This document shows positions 8,100 to 17,351 of a stretch of DNA of 64,000 bases, in pieces. A program made the translations under genes and the position numbers. How positions within the stretch are numbered: the stretch's first letter is position 1; every line of letters starts with the position of its first letter. A model generated the notes under the pieces. The model worked only from the letters and a program-made list of their open reading frames with translations, had not been told where the DNA came from and searched no databases. Source of the DNA: Candidatus Omnitrophota bacterium (GTDB taxonomy: Bacteria > Omnitrophota > Gorgyraeia > Zapsychrales > Zapsychraceae). The DNA lies in NCBI GenBank assembly GCA_020429915.1, contig JAGQKV010000016.1, positions 69,137 through 133,136 on the forward strand, given 5' to 3'.

Positions 8100-9983
8100 T
8101 TAAGAAATATTCTTCCGGAAAATCAGCGTCGGGCAGCGTTCGCCCAGCGGATACACCGGGACGTGCGAGACGGTATGCTCAAAGCCACCGGGATCCCGTG
8201 TAAATATCCGCTTGATCTGCTCGGTGTCCACGAAGTGGTATCGGTTCGGACTGTCCTGGTAGGCGTCGATGGCCTCGAGGTGTTCAAGAGGCCAATTGAC
8301 GAGCGCGGCCAGATTCTTCCAGGGGCCCGCATCGCGGTTCAGTTTTTCCCAGATATCATGAACGGCGACGCCGGCGACCGGGTCCGGCTGCATGGCCATG
8401 GCCAACCGGAGTTTGAGCAGGTTCAGGTTGGGAATCTTGCCCTGGACAAGGTCCGCGATGATAAAGACGGTATCCTCACGGTCAACCGGCGGCGTAAACA
8501 GACGCACGATGAACAATCCCTCGGGCGCCAGCACGCGATGCAGTTCGCGCACCAGGGCCTGTTGTCCGTCCGGATAGGACAGCAGGTGAAATCCCCCGTC
8601 ACAAACAACGACATCTTTGGATCCGTCCTCGAACGGCAATGCGGTCCATTCCCCGCAGCGGGCGCTGTCCGCGGGGCCGGGCCAAATCGTATCGATCATG
8701 ATCTGGTTGTGGTCCACGGCCTGCAGTTCGGTGCCGTACGGCCAGGCCAGATCATAAAGTTCAGGCGTGACCCCCAGAATCAGCGCGCGAGGGCGCAGCA
8801 TTTTCTGCAGTTCGGCGGTCACGAAATTAAGATCTTCCTTGGCGGGACGCAGCGGCGGTCCGACGAGTCGCCAGTTGGCGGCAATCTTGTCCCAGTAACC
8901 GGGGTCTCCCGGAGCGACCGGCACCGGCGACGGTGTCGCCGAACGGTCCGGCGCGGGATATTCCGGCGCGATCGCCGGCATGGACATTCCCGGCGGCTGC
9001 GGAGTCTGCGAAGGTTCGGCCTGGGGCGCGGGACCGGGAGCCGGGGGCGGTGGGGGAGCGGATGCGACGGTCCCGGCTGGCGGCGGTAAAGGCGACGGTG
9101 CCCGCCGCGCCGCCAGTGCGGCCGCGGCCCGTTGAATGTCGCCGGGCAGCAGGGAATGAATCCCCTCGGCAAGTTTGCGGATGCCGGGCATAAATTCTTC
9201 CGTCGCGAACGCGCCCAGCGTCGGAGTCGGGTTGACATCGAACAGGACCACTTCGCCTTTGTTGATCGCGTAATCGAATTTGCCGAAGGCGAATCCTAAC
9301 TCATCCCGCCGGCGGCGCAGTTCTTGGGGGACATCTCCCAGTTCCTCGCGGCGGATGACATTCGACGATTTAACCACCGGTTCCTTGGCGTAACAGATCG
9401 AATGGGTCTCGCGATCGCCGAGAAAGACCCAGGTGCGCAGCGCGTAGAGGTCGTCCTGTTTCTCCGGACGGAATTTTTCGACCACGAATTGCGGATTATC
9501 CCACACCTTGCGCGGGACCTTGGAGGTGGCTTTAAGAATGGGATAGGTGTACAGTGTCTGCGCGCGCATGCGCCACGGCAACTTGTCGTCGAGCCAGCGC
9601 TGCCAGCGGCCGCCCAGCGATTGTTGCGCGGCCAGATTGGCTTCTTTGTAGCCGCCGCAGTTGTTGTCGGTCTTGATAATCACCCGGCCGCCGAACAGAT
9701 CAGAGCGTTCAAGGACGTTGGGGCTGATTTGGCTCTTGCGGATATCACCGGTAGATGTGTTGACGCTATGAGGGAAGGCGCGGGCAAAGGCCAAATAGTC
9801 GAGCGGAATGACGGTGAGGTCGACATGGAGAAAGAGGAGGTCGGCGGCAAACCGCTCCGCGATCCCGTTGTGGACGCTAACCGAAAATCCCATTTCCCGC
9901 CAGACTTGGCTGATGTGCCGGAGAAAATAAGTTTCCTCCTGAAAGCGGTCTTGTTCATGTACCAAAATGCCGATGTGCGCCAT
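8100..9983 (-). CDS. Fusion protein: N-terminal ATP-grasp ligase domain, Pro-rich linker, C-terminal class I SAM-dependent methyltransferase domain
   Basis: The N-terminal half carries GGRVIIKTDNNCGGYKE and DYAINKGEVVLFDVNPTPTLGAF (ATP-grasp). A linker of about 90 aa is rich in P/A/S. The C-terminal half carries DVVVCDGGFHLL and LAPEGLFIV (MTase motifs I and post-I). Confidence 0.7.
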   Translation of the reverse strand: MAHIGILVHEQDRFQEETYFLRHISQVWREMGFSVSVHNGIAERFAADLLFLHVDLTVIPLDYLAFARAFPHSVNTSTGDIRKSQISPNVLERSDLFGGRVIIKTDNNCGGYKEANLAAQQSLGGRWQRWLDDKLPWRMRAQTLYTYPILKATSKVPRKVWDNPQFVVEKFRPEKQDDLYALRTWVFLGDRETHSICYAKEPVVKSSNVIRREELGDVPQELRRRRDELGFAFGKFDYAINKGEVVLFDVNPTPTLGAFATEEFMPGIRKLAEGIHSLLPGDIQRAAAALAARRAPSPLPPPAGTVASAPPPPPAPGPAPQAEPSQTPQPPGMSMPAIAPEYPAPDRSATPSPVPVAPGDPGYWDKIAANWRLVGPPLRPAKEDLNFVTAELQKMLRPRALILGVTPELYDLAWPYGTELQAVDHNQIMIDTIWPGPADSARCGEWTALPFEDGSKDVVVCDGGFHLLSYPDGQQALVRELHRVLAPEGLFIVRLFTPPVDREDTVFIIADLVQGKIPNLNLLKLRLAMAMQPDPVAGVAVHDIWEKLNRDAGPWKNLAALVNWPLEHLEAIDAYQDSPNRYHFVDTEQIKRIFTRDPGGFEHTVSHVPVYPLGERCPTLIFRKNIS

Positions 9984-10036
9984 TCATTTCTCCCAAGTAT
10001 TTAGGGTAGAGTATAGCACGTCAGCCCGACCTGCCG

Positions 10037-10107
10037 AAAAAAAAAGGGACAGACTCCAATTTCTCCGGTAATCGCCGGAGTCTGGAAATTGGAGTCTGTC
10101 CCTTTTT
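10037..10107. terminator. Bidirectional intrinsic terminator: perfect 18-bp stem (gggacagactccaatttc / gaaattggagtctgtccc) with a nested small hairpin in the loop, flanked by A9 and T5
   Basis: Read directly. It is positioned at the 3' end of the minus-strand lipoprotein operon. Confidence 0.75.
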
Positions 10108-10113
10108 AGGATC

Positions 10114-10710
10114 TTACCAAATGGGGACTTTCTTTCCGCCGCGTTTCAGGATCCTCACCTGTTTTTGCCAAAAGCGCAGTCCGGTGCGCAGATCGGTGAC
10201 GATCAATTCGATATAATACTCCACCTGCTTTTTGTGGTTGTCGTAATGCACCACGCGCTCGAAGATCTTGCCGGAGACGCTGAGGTCCGGTCCGATGAGC
10301 TGGCCCATGGCCTGCACGGTGCCCTGGTCGAATTCGTCGGAGTCGCGCAGTTTGCGCGCTTCGTTGATCATGCTGTCTCCGGTCGTCCCGATCGATGAGG
10401 TAAAATCGACGACATTGCTGCGCAGCAGTTCTTCCTCGATGGAGGCCAGCAGCTGGCGCGTATCGATGCGCTGGGTGGTGTCGTTGACCACCTGACCGGT
10501 GGTGACCACATATTTGCCGCCGCCGGGTTTGCGGATTTTACCCTCGGTCAACAGCGACTGGGTCATCTCGCGGATGGCAATGTCAAAGTCGCGATAATCC
10601 AGCGACAACACGACCTTGCCGGTATCGTTATCGGGGTCCACGTAGACCGTCTTGGGCGCGCAGCCGGCGATGAGTACGGTCAAGGTTAAGAAAAGCATCA
10701 ACTTCTTCAT
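10114..10710 (-). CDS. LpoB-like (COG3417) lipoprotein
   Basis: Signal peptide with lipobox LIAGC (MKKLMLF start at 10710). The mature region VVNDTTQRIDTRQLLASIEEELLRSNVVDFTS resembles the LpoB fold core. Confidence 0.5.
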   Translation of the reverse strand: MKKLMLFLTLTVLIAGCAPKTVYVDPDNDTGKVVLSLDYRDFDIAIREMTQSLLTEGKIRKPGGGKYVVTTGQVVNDTTQRIDTRQLLASIEEELLRSNVVDFTSSIGTTGDSMINEARKLRDSDEFDQGTVQAMGQLIGPDLSVSGKIFERVVHYDNHKKQVEYYIELIVTDLRTGLRFWQKQVRILKRGGKKVPIW

Positions 10711-10738
10711 GGTTCTCTCCTTCAGGCCAGGGCCTGTC

Positions 10739-12115
10739 TCAGAATTTAATAAGGTCAATCGCCGGGTAAACCCCTTTGGCAACCGAACGGATGTATATTA
10801 TCACATTCCGGCAGTCGTCCGGAATATTAATAGGGAAGCGGGTGCCGCCGGCCGGCTGCACGACCACTTTGCGGTCGTGTGGCATGCGCAGATGCGCCAG
10901 CTGAAAATCGGTGGGCAGTGCCGACCACATCCGCAGGTCCGCGCGCGTGGTCGCGGCCTGATAGATGCCGGCGATGATCCCGCCGCCGGTGCCGTAGCGT
11001 TCCCGCATTTCATATTGAAAATAAGTCTTCAGCGCGGCGCGTGCCACTTCACGGGCGGTGATCGCGCTGAGTTCCTTTTTGAAATCCGTATAAATCACCG
11101 CGTCCATGTCGGCGATTGACTCGGTGGACACCGGAGATCCCGAATCGGACTCGACGGTGACAAAGGGATAGGCCTCGCGGCCGGGCAACAATTCGGGAAA
11201 GGCGGCGCCCACATAGTAAACCGGCGCGGCCTCGATCAGGATCGGCAGGTCGATACGCACCTCGGCGCGGCGTGGGGCCAGTCCGTTTTCAAAGATGACC
11301 CACACCTCCCCGGACGGGGCGATGCCGCGGTCGGCGCGTCTGAAGTCATCTGCCACCACGGGATGCCGACCGCTCATCGCATAAGCTTCCTTCAATATGT
11401 CGACGGCCTTGTCGCGGTCCCCGCTCAGCCAAAAATAAAGCCCGGCCACGTATGTGGTAAACGGATTGACGAAATCAGCGTAGACGGCAAGTGAGTCAAG
11501 GTTCCGGTACTTATCACTGAGGGCGCGGTCGAGACGTCCGCTGTTCAGTGAGCGGTCGACCATGCGGTACTGTCCGTAGCGGGCTTCCTCCGCCGCGATG
11601 GTTTGCCGCAGCTCTTCGGTCTGGCGGGCAAAGATTTGCTTGGCGTCACTCTGGCGCTGCAGGGCCCGGTTGAATTCGACGCGCGCGTTGGCGCGGTCGC
11701 CCAGCACGGCAAAGTTCAGCGCTTTGTAGGTATTGACCATGATACGGTCATAGCTCCGGCCGGTATACGGCAGGGCCGTGTCGTTGATCAGCAATCCGCC
11801 CGCGGTCTGGGCGGAGCGGCCGGCCCACAGCTGTTGGTCGTAATGGGCAAAGGCCTGCTCGGCGCGGTCGAAAGCGGAGTTACTGGCTTCATAGCGTTGC
11901 AGGATGCGGTCCATGGCCCCGGTCTGCAGGACCCACAGCAGTTCTCGGGGGGAAGGATTGGTGCCGGCGTTGGTGCCGGCGATCTCCCGGGCGCGCTCGG
12001 TGTCCCCGGCCGCCAGCGCGGCGTCAAAGGTCTGCAGCGGCACGCGGACGGTGGCGCAGCCGGCGGCGGTCGACAGCAGGAATATCAGTGGGATGTGATA
12101 AAGGCGTATTTTCAT
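10739..12115 (-). CDS. COG3014-like putative lipoprotein (helical/TPR-like)
   Basis: Lipobox STAAGC. 458 aa. This family is typically encoded next to COG3417/LpoB-like genes. Confidence 0.5.
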   Translation of the reverse strand: MKIRLYHIPLIFLLSTAAGCATVRVPLQTFDAALAAGDTERAREIAGTNAGTNPSPRELLWVLQTGAMDRILQRYEASNSAFDRAEQAFAHYDQQLWAGRSAQTAGGLLINDTALPYTGRSYDRIMVNTYKALNFAVLGDRANARVEFNRALQRQSDAKQIFARQTEELRQTIAAEEARYGQYRMVDRSLNSGRLDRALSDKYRNLDSLAVYADFVNPFTTYVAGLYFWLSGDRDKAVDILKEAYAMSGRHPVVADDFRRADRGIAPSGEVWVIFENGLAPRRAEVRIDLPILIEAAPVYYVGAAFPELLPGREAYPFVTVESDSGSPVSTESIADMDAVIYTDFKKELSAITAREVARAALKTYFQYEMRERYGTGGGIIAGIYQAATTRADLRMWSALPTDFQLAHLRMPHDRKVVVQPAGGTRFPINIPDDCRNVIIYIRSVAKGVYPAIDLIKF

Positions 12116-12356
12116 ACAGCGAGTAATCTAGCATGGAAATTCATGGGGGGCTATAATTTAGTGAAGACGACCCCCCGGAGGCTTTTGCTTTGGACATCCC
12201 GGCCGCCGGGAAAGTTCCCTGCTTTGCCCATCAATCCCCGTACAGACGCCTGCAGCGGCCTGAGAGTCCCGAAAATAGGGTTTGCCAAACACCAGAATTC
12301 TGTTAAAATCGGAGCTTTATCAACGTTAAACCTGCTCAACAAACGGACTTTGCCCT

Positions 12357-13439
12357 ATGAAAAATGCTATTACCACCACATTCCGAACTCTATTTACGGC
12401 AGCGGTTATCAGTTGTCTCCTGACCGCCGCCCGGCCGACCCCGGCCGCCGCCGACCAGGTTTTCCTGCAGAACGGCAGCATCATCAACGGCCGCATCAAA
12501 ACCTTTAGCGGCGATACCCTTGAGGTCGAAACCAATTTCGCGGGGACCCTTCAGATCAAGGCCGACAAGATCAAAGGTCTGGCCACGGACATGCCGATGA
12601 CCGCCCGTATGGACAACGGCGACACCTTCGTAGCCCAGCTGGCGTATGACGATGACGACGGCCAGCGCCTGAGCAACAGCAGTCTGGGGACTATCAAGCT
12701 CGCCGCCTCCGAAATCAAGGCGGTCTGGCCGAAGAACCAGCCCGACCCGGAGGCCCCGGCCGCGGCCCGTACCGCGGATGACGTTTGGTCCGCCAAGGCG
12801 ACGCTAGGTTTGTCCGCGTCCGAAGGCAACACCGACAAGACCAATCTCAACGGTAAATTTACCACCACCCGCAAAACCGATTTCGACCGGCTTAACCTCG
12901 GTGTACAGGGCCGCTACGCCACGGACGAAGGCGAAGAAACCGAGAACGAGATCATCGCCACGGGGAAGCTCGAACGGGATTTCTCCGATCACTTATTCGC
13001 CTTCGGATCGCTCAAGCTCGAACGCGATAAATTCGAAGACCTCGACCTGCGCAGCAACCTGACCGTCGGTCTCGGGTACTTTGTCATCAAGGAAGAAGGG
13101 CATGAGTTCAAACCGCGGCTCGGTTTCGGTTACGAGGTCTCGGCCTTTCAATCGTCTCCCAATGAAGAGAGCTTCGTTCTGTCCGCCGGCTGGGACTACA
13201 AGCGGGATTTGTGGAAGGATTTGACTTTCACTCACGCCTTCACGTATCTGCCGGTCCTGGAAGAGCCCACGGATGAGTACCGGCTGGAAAGCGAGGCCAT
13301 CGTTTCGTACCCGTTCGCGGGCGGGACTGGCTGGAATCTCGACTTCAGCATCCGCCATCAATACGACAATTCCCCCGCGGCCAACGTCGACCGTCTCGAT
13401 ACCTATTATTCACTGGGACTGACACGCGAATTTAAATAA
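12357..13439 (+). CDS. DUF481 (YdiY-like) outer-membrane beta-barrel protein
   Basis: Signal peptide. The C-terminal region has alternating amphipathic strands and conserved DUF481 blocks (GLGYFVIKEE, FTHAFTYLP, C-terminal YSLGLTREFK). Confidence 0.7.
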   Translation: MKNAITTTFRTLFTAAVISCLLTAARPTPAAADQVFLQNGSIINGRIKTFSGDTLEVETNFAGTLQIKADKIKGLATDMPMTARMDNGDTFVAQLAYDDDDGQRLSNSSLGTIKLAASEIKAVWPKNQPDPEAPAAARTADDVWSAKATLGLSASEGNTDKTNLNGKFTTTRKTDFDRLNLGVQGRYATDEGEETENEIIATGKLERDFSDHLFAFGSLKLERDKFEDLDLRSNLTVGLGYFVIKEEGHEFKPRLGFGYEVSAFQSSPNEESFVLSAGWDYKRDLWKDLTFTHAFTYLPVLEEPTDEYRLESEAIVSYPFAGGTGWNLDFSIRHQYDNSPAANVDRLDTYYSLGLTREFK

Positions 13440-13444
13440 CAGCG

Positions 13445-13490
13445 GACCGCGTCCGTCATCCGAACGGGGTTTTACGGGTGACGGACGCGA
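13445..13490 (+). terminator. GC-rich stem-loop after the DUF481 gene (cgcgtccgtca...tgacggacgcg) with no clear U-tract
   Basis: An 11-bp stem with an internal hairpin. Its terminator function is uncertain. Confidence 0.3.
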
Positions 13491-13615
13491 ACCGTTGTCT
13501 TCCGGCCGATATCATCTATCGATTCCCGCCCCGCGCCTCGGCTCCGTAATATCACCCTGCCATCCCCAGAAAAACTTTGGACACCCCGGCATTTTTATCA
13601 TAAAGTAGTGAAGGT

Positions 13616-13870
13616 ATGAGACTGAATATCCGCGCATTCGCGTTGGCCCTCGGAATCCACTGGGGACTGGGGTGTTTTATCATGGGGCTGGCCGGCATCA
13701 AGCACGAGGCCCCGGCCACGTTTGTGCGGACTGTGGGGACGATGTATTACGGTTATGCCCCGACACCCTTGGGCAGCCTCGCCGGCATGTTCTGGGGATT
13801 TCTTGACGCGGCTGTTGCCGGGGCATTGCTGGCCTGGCTGTACAACATGTTATTGAAGAGGTTTGTGTAA
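13616..13870 (+). CDS. Small hypothetical membrane protein (2 TM)
   Basis: 84 aa, hydrophobic. Its stop overlaps the next start (TAATG). Confidence 0.4.
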   Translation: MRLNIRAFALALGIHWGLGCFIMGLAGIKHEAPATFVRTVGTMYYGYAPTPLGSLAGMFWGFLDAAVAGALLAWLYNMLLKRFV

Positions 13871-14088
13871 TGATCGTATCCGAAATGCTCAACACATCCG
13901 CTTTGGCGGTGGGATTCGTCCCGGGAAGCGTCGACGGTTCCGAAGGGGCGATCAACTTTATCGGTCTGCTCTACATTCTGACTCATCTCCTGTACTTTAC
14001 GTTTTATGTCTCGCGGGATCACCGGGTGCGCTGGACCGCGACCTCCGTTTGCCTGGCCACGCTGGTTGCCTGGCATTTCTTTGCCTAA
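13870..14088 (+). CDS. Small hypothetical membrane protein (2 TM)
   Basis: 72 aa, hydrophobic, translationally coupled to the upstream gene. Confidence 0.35.
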   Translation: MIVSEMLNTSALAVGFVPGSVDGSEGAINFIGLLYILTHLLYFTFYVSRDHRVRWTATSVCLATLVAWHFFA

Positions 14089-14108
14089 GTCTTTTTAGGG
14101 AAGCAAAG

Positions 14109-14483
14109 ATGACCATCGCTTATCTGTGTATCGTTATCAGTATTTTTATCCCGATATGTTGCGCGGGTTATGCCAAATTTTCCACCAAGGGCTATAACAA
14201 CCGTTCCCCGCGCGAATTCCTCTCGTCGCTGGAAGGCGCCGGCAAGCGCGCCAACTTCGCCCAGCAAAATTTCTATGAGACGTTTCCCGCCTTTGCCGTG
14301 GGCGTGGTCGTTGCCCACTTAATGGAGGCGGCGCAGTGGAAGATCGACTTTACCGCAGTGATATACGTCACCGGCCGTATTCTTTACGCGGTTTTTTATA
14401 TCGCCGATCAGCACATGCTGCGCTCAACGGCGTGGGCCGTGGCCTTCGGAGCGATGATCGCCCTGTATTTTATCGGCGGGTAA
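14109..14483 (+). CDS. MAPEG-family membrane protein (microsomal GST/LTC4-synthase-like)
   Basis: 4 TM helices and the VTGRILYAVFYI motif. The ATG at 14109 was chosen over the long Arg-rich upstream extension of the 13863 ORF. Confidence 0.6.
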   Translation: MTIAYLCIVISIFIPICCAGYAKFSTKGYNNRSPREFLSSLEGAGKRANFAQQNFYETFPAFAVGVVVAHLMEAAQWKIDFTAVIYVTGRILYAVFYIADQHMLRSTAWAVAFGAMIALYFIGG

Positions 14484-14577
14484 TCTCCGCCGGAGGGACC
14501 GCGGTTCCGTCACGCCGACGCGGCAGCAACTCCCTTATGAAAATTGTTCCCGATTTTAGACAAAGGAGCTCAGCAAC

Positions 14578-15876
14578 ATGAATGCCGCAACACGTGTGTT
14601 TGAGGAACTCAACTTTGAAATCAAACAGGATAACATATACTATCAAACCATCAACAACCTCCTGGCCGCGGCCGAACGGATCAATGCACCGCACCGTCTG
14701 CGCCTGATCCTGGCGCAACCCAAGAACGAATTGATCGTGCACTTCCCGGTTCGGATGGACGACGGGTCATTCCGGTTGTTCAAAGGTTATCGCGTCCAGC
14801 ATAATAACGTCCTGGGGCCGTACAAGGGCGGGATCCGTTACGACAATTCGGTCCACCTCGATCATATCAAGGCCCTGGCCGCAGTGATGACCATCAAATG
14901 CGCGCTGGTGCAGCTGCCGCTAGGCGGGGCAAAGGGCGGCGTGCAGTTTGATCCGCGCACCCTGTCGGCGGAGGAACTCATGCGCCTGACCCGGCGTTTT
15001 ACCAGCGCCTTGGGAAACAATATCGGTCCGGACATCGACATGCCCGCCCCCGACGTCGGGACCAACGCACAGATCATGGCCTGGATGGCCGACACCTACA
15101 TGAATCTGGATGCCAGCCGGAAGTTGAACGGGCTGGGAATCGTTACCGGCAAACCGTTGCATTTCGGCGGTTCGCACGGACGGGAAAAGGCCACCGGCCA
15201 GGGAGTTGTTTACGTCCTGGAAGAAATGCTTCCGGAGTACGGGATCGCCATGGACAAGACCACTTTCAGCCTGATCGGTTTCGGTAATGTCGGGTCCTGG
15301 ACGGGGAAACTGCTGCAGGAGCGCGGCGCGGTCCTGCGGGCGGTCGGCGACCACACCGGATTCCTGTATCGTGCCGAGGGCATCGACACCGTCCGGCTGG
15401 ACGAGTACGTGCGCCGGCATGGAGGGGTGGCCGGTTATCCGGATGCGGACGAAATCAGCGAGGAAGAATTCTATAAAGTCCAGGTCGATCTGTTTATCCC
15501 GGCGGCCCTGGAGCAGATGATCGACCGTCCGAAGGCGGAGCTGCTCAACTGCCGTGTCGTCGTTGAGGCCGCCAATATTCCGCTGCAACCGGAGGCGGAG
15601 AATTATCTGGTTGAGAAGGGTGTCGGCATCCTGCCGGCCGTCCTGTGCAATGCCGGCGGTGTGACGGTGAGTTTCTTTGAATGGAAGCAGAACCGGCAGG
15701 CCGAGACTTGGGACCTTGATGTTGTGGACCGGCAGCTGAAGATCATGATCACGCGGGCCGCGCGGCGGGTCAAGGAGATCGCCAGGGAAACGGGATCCGA
15801 CTTGCGCATGGCCGCCTATTGCGCCGCTTTGCAGCATATCGACCGCGTCTATGAAATCCGCGGGATATTTCCATAA
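14578..15876 (+). CDS. gdhA: Glutamate dehydrogenase (Glu/Leu/Phe/Val dehydrogenase family)
   Basis: KGGIRY, PLGGAKGGV and DMPAPDVGTN motifs. 432 aa. Confidence 0.9.
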   Translation: MNAATRVFEELNFEIKQDNIYYQTINNLLAAAERINAPHRLRLILAQPKNELIVHFPVRMDDGSFRLFKGYRVQHNNVLGPYKGGIRYDNSVHLDHIKALAAVMTIKCALVQLPLGGAKGGVQFDPRTLSAEELMRLTRRFTSALGNNIGPDIDMPAPDVGTNAQIMAWMADTYMNLDASRKLNGLGIVTGKPLHFGGSHGREKATGQGVVYVLEEMLPEYGIAMDKTTFSLIGFGNVGSWTGKLLQERGAVLRAVGDHTGFLYRAEGIDTVRLDEYVRRHGGVAGYPDADEISEEEFYKVQVDLFIPAALEQMIDRPKAELLNCRVVVEAANIPLQPEAENYLVEKGVGILPAVLCNAGGVTVSFFEWKQNRQAETWDLDVVDRQLKIMITRAARRVKEIARETGSDLRMAAYCAALQHIDRVYEIRGIFP

Positions 15877-15913
15877 TTAAGTTTACCGGCAACATCATCC
15901 CGGGTGGTCCGAT

Positions 15914-16255
15914 ATGGCATATGATTTTCACCTCGGAGAAGATCAACGAGAAGCATCGAGAAATCCACCCGTATTGCAGGTGGACTATTATGTGGCACAG
16001 GATTTTGTGGAGTGTGCCAAAGGATTGTTCAAGAGCAATGAGCATATTGCCCGTTTGGGAAAAATAGGTGACTATTATGGTCGCGAAGCAGAACTCCGGT
16101 ATTTGCCGGATGAATTTGACGCTCTGCTCGTGGGACTGGCCCGGCTCAAGCCTCAAGTGGAAAATAGGAACGTGTTGTCGTTTATAGGTACTCTTGAAGA
16201 TGTGATCAAAGAAGCGAAGACCGAGAACAAGACCCTATTCGGGTTTGCTGATTGA
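15914..16255 (+). CDS. Hypothetical protein in a locally low-GC (~48%) islet
   Basis: 113-aa ORF. The composition is clearly lower in GC than the flanks. Confidence 0.35.
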   Translation: MAYDFHLGEDQREASRNPPVLQVDYYVAQDFVECAKGLFKSNEHIARLGKIGDYYGREAELRYLPDEFDALLVGLARLKPQVENRNVLSFIGTLEDVIKEAKTENKTLFGFAD

Positions 16256-16339
16256 GAATGGTCCGGAAAAAAGGGTGACAACCGGCGGAATATCGACTAA
16301 CCTTTAAGTAGTCAATCCGACGATCCTGAGGAGTTAGGA

Positions 16340-16813
16340 ATGAAATTACAAAAAATCTGCACCGCTATGGCGGCTTTATTATTATTGGTTTCCGGGGCCG
16401 ACGCGCAAACCTGTCCGGTGTGCAAGGAGGAGTACGATCTGGCCTCGTCGCTGGCCGAAGCGGAATTCATTTTGCTGGTGGAATTGAAACGCGAGGGGCC
16501 GCGTAACGACAACGGCGAGGGATGGGGCGGCCCCGATTGGGTGGAAGTCGAAGTGAAGGGCCGTCTGCGCGGACGGCGATTGCCGCCGCGTATCAAGGTC
16601 AACTTTTGGGAAGGAACGTGCGCGAAGGGTTTTGATCTCGAATATGGGAAGGAATATGTCCTGTTGGTCGTCGAAAATGAAGTGTCGCGTAAGCCCTACC
16701 GTTTTGACGTGGTCCTGAACGGTTGCGGGATCAAGTCGCTGCCGGTGGAAGACGACTTCATCGTCATCAACGGCGCGCGCTGGACCGTGGAAGAATTCGA
16801 GTCGCTCCTGTAA
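16340..16813 (+). CDS. Hypothetical secreted protein with CPVC and two further Cys
   Basis: Signal peptide (LLLLVSGADAQ). Confidence 0.45.
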   Translation: MKLQKICTAMAALLLLVSGADAQTCPVCKEEYDLASSLAEAEFILLVELKREGPRNDNGEGWGGPDWVEVEVKGRLRGRRLPPRIKVNFWEGTCAKGFDLEYGKEYVLLVVENEVSRKPYRFDVVLNGCGIKSLPVEDDFIVINGARWTVEEFESLL

Positions 16814-16850
16814 GGGGCCTGCCTAATATCCAACCAAAATGGGGGATCCG

Positions 16851-17339
16851 ATGAAATATGTAGTCGCTTTGTGGCTGTTACTGGCCGGGATTGTCCCGCC
16901 GGTGTTCGCCGGACAGGCCCCGAAGTCGACCGGGTCGGTCGATACCTATACGGATTACGTCAAGATCCGTTACATGCCGTCGCGGTCCGGATTTATCAAG
17001 GAAAAAGAACCGGTGACCGAACTCAGCGGGGAAGCCAGCACCATCGTGGCCAAACATGACGGCTCCGTGATGGGGACGAACGAACAGATCAAGGACCTGT
17101 ACAAACGGGCCGCGGCGTTGCGGGCGGAAGGGATCGGTACCAATCAACAGCATTTTCATGTTGCGGTCACGCGCCTGGAGGTGTGCTACCGCGGGGAGAC
17201 CGTGACCCTCGAGTATGCGGGCGCCACCGGCGAAGAAAAGTTCGCCGCCTATGAGCAGGCCTGGCAGGAATTATATGCAGCGGCCTACCGGTTTCTGACG
17301 GATCGTTTGCAGCCGGGGCCGGCGGGAACGCAACCTTAG
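16851..17339 (+). CDS. Hypothetical secreted protein
   Basis: Signal peptide (MKYVVALWLLLAGIVPPVFAG). Confidence 0.45.
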   Translation: MKYVVALWLLLAGIVPPVFAGQAPKSTGSVDTYTDYVKIRYMPSRSGFIKEKEPVTELSGEASTIVAKHDGSVMGTNEQIKDLYKRAAALRAEGIGTNQQHFHVAVTRLEVCYRGETVTLEYAGATGEEKFAAYEQAWQELYAAAYRFLTDRLQPGPAGTQP

Positions 17340-17351
17340 GAAGGCGAGCCG

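Noticed and set aside
8819-9238. Arg/Pro-rich 139-aa minus ORF and 8933..9193 + ORF in the linker region of the ATP-grasp-MTase gene
   Set aside because: These are low-complexity frames created by the GC-rich Pro/Ala-linker coding sequence.
13863-14108. N-terminal 82-aa extension of the MAPEG ORF (track ORF 13863..14483)
   Set aside because: The extension is Arg-rich with no TM helices and overlaps the 13870 small membrane ORF. The ATG at 14109 gives a standard 4-TM MAPEG.
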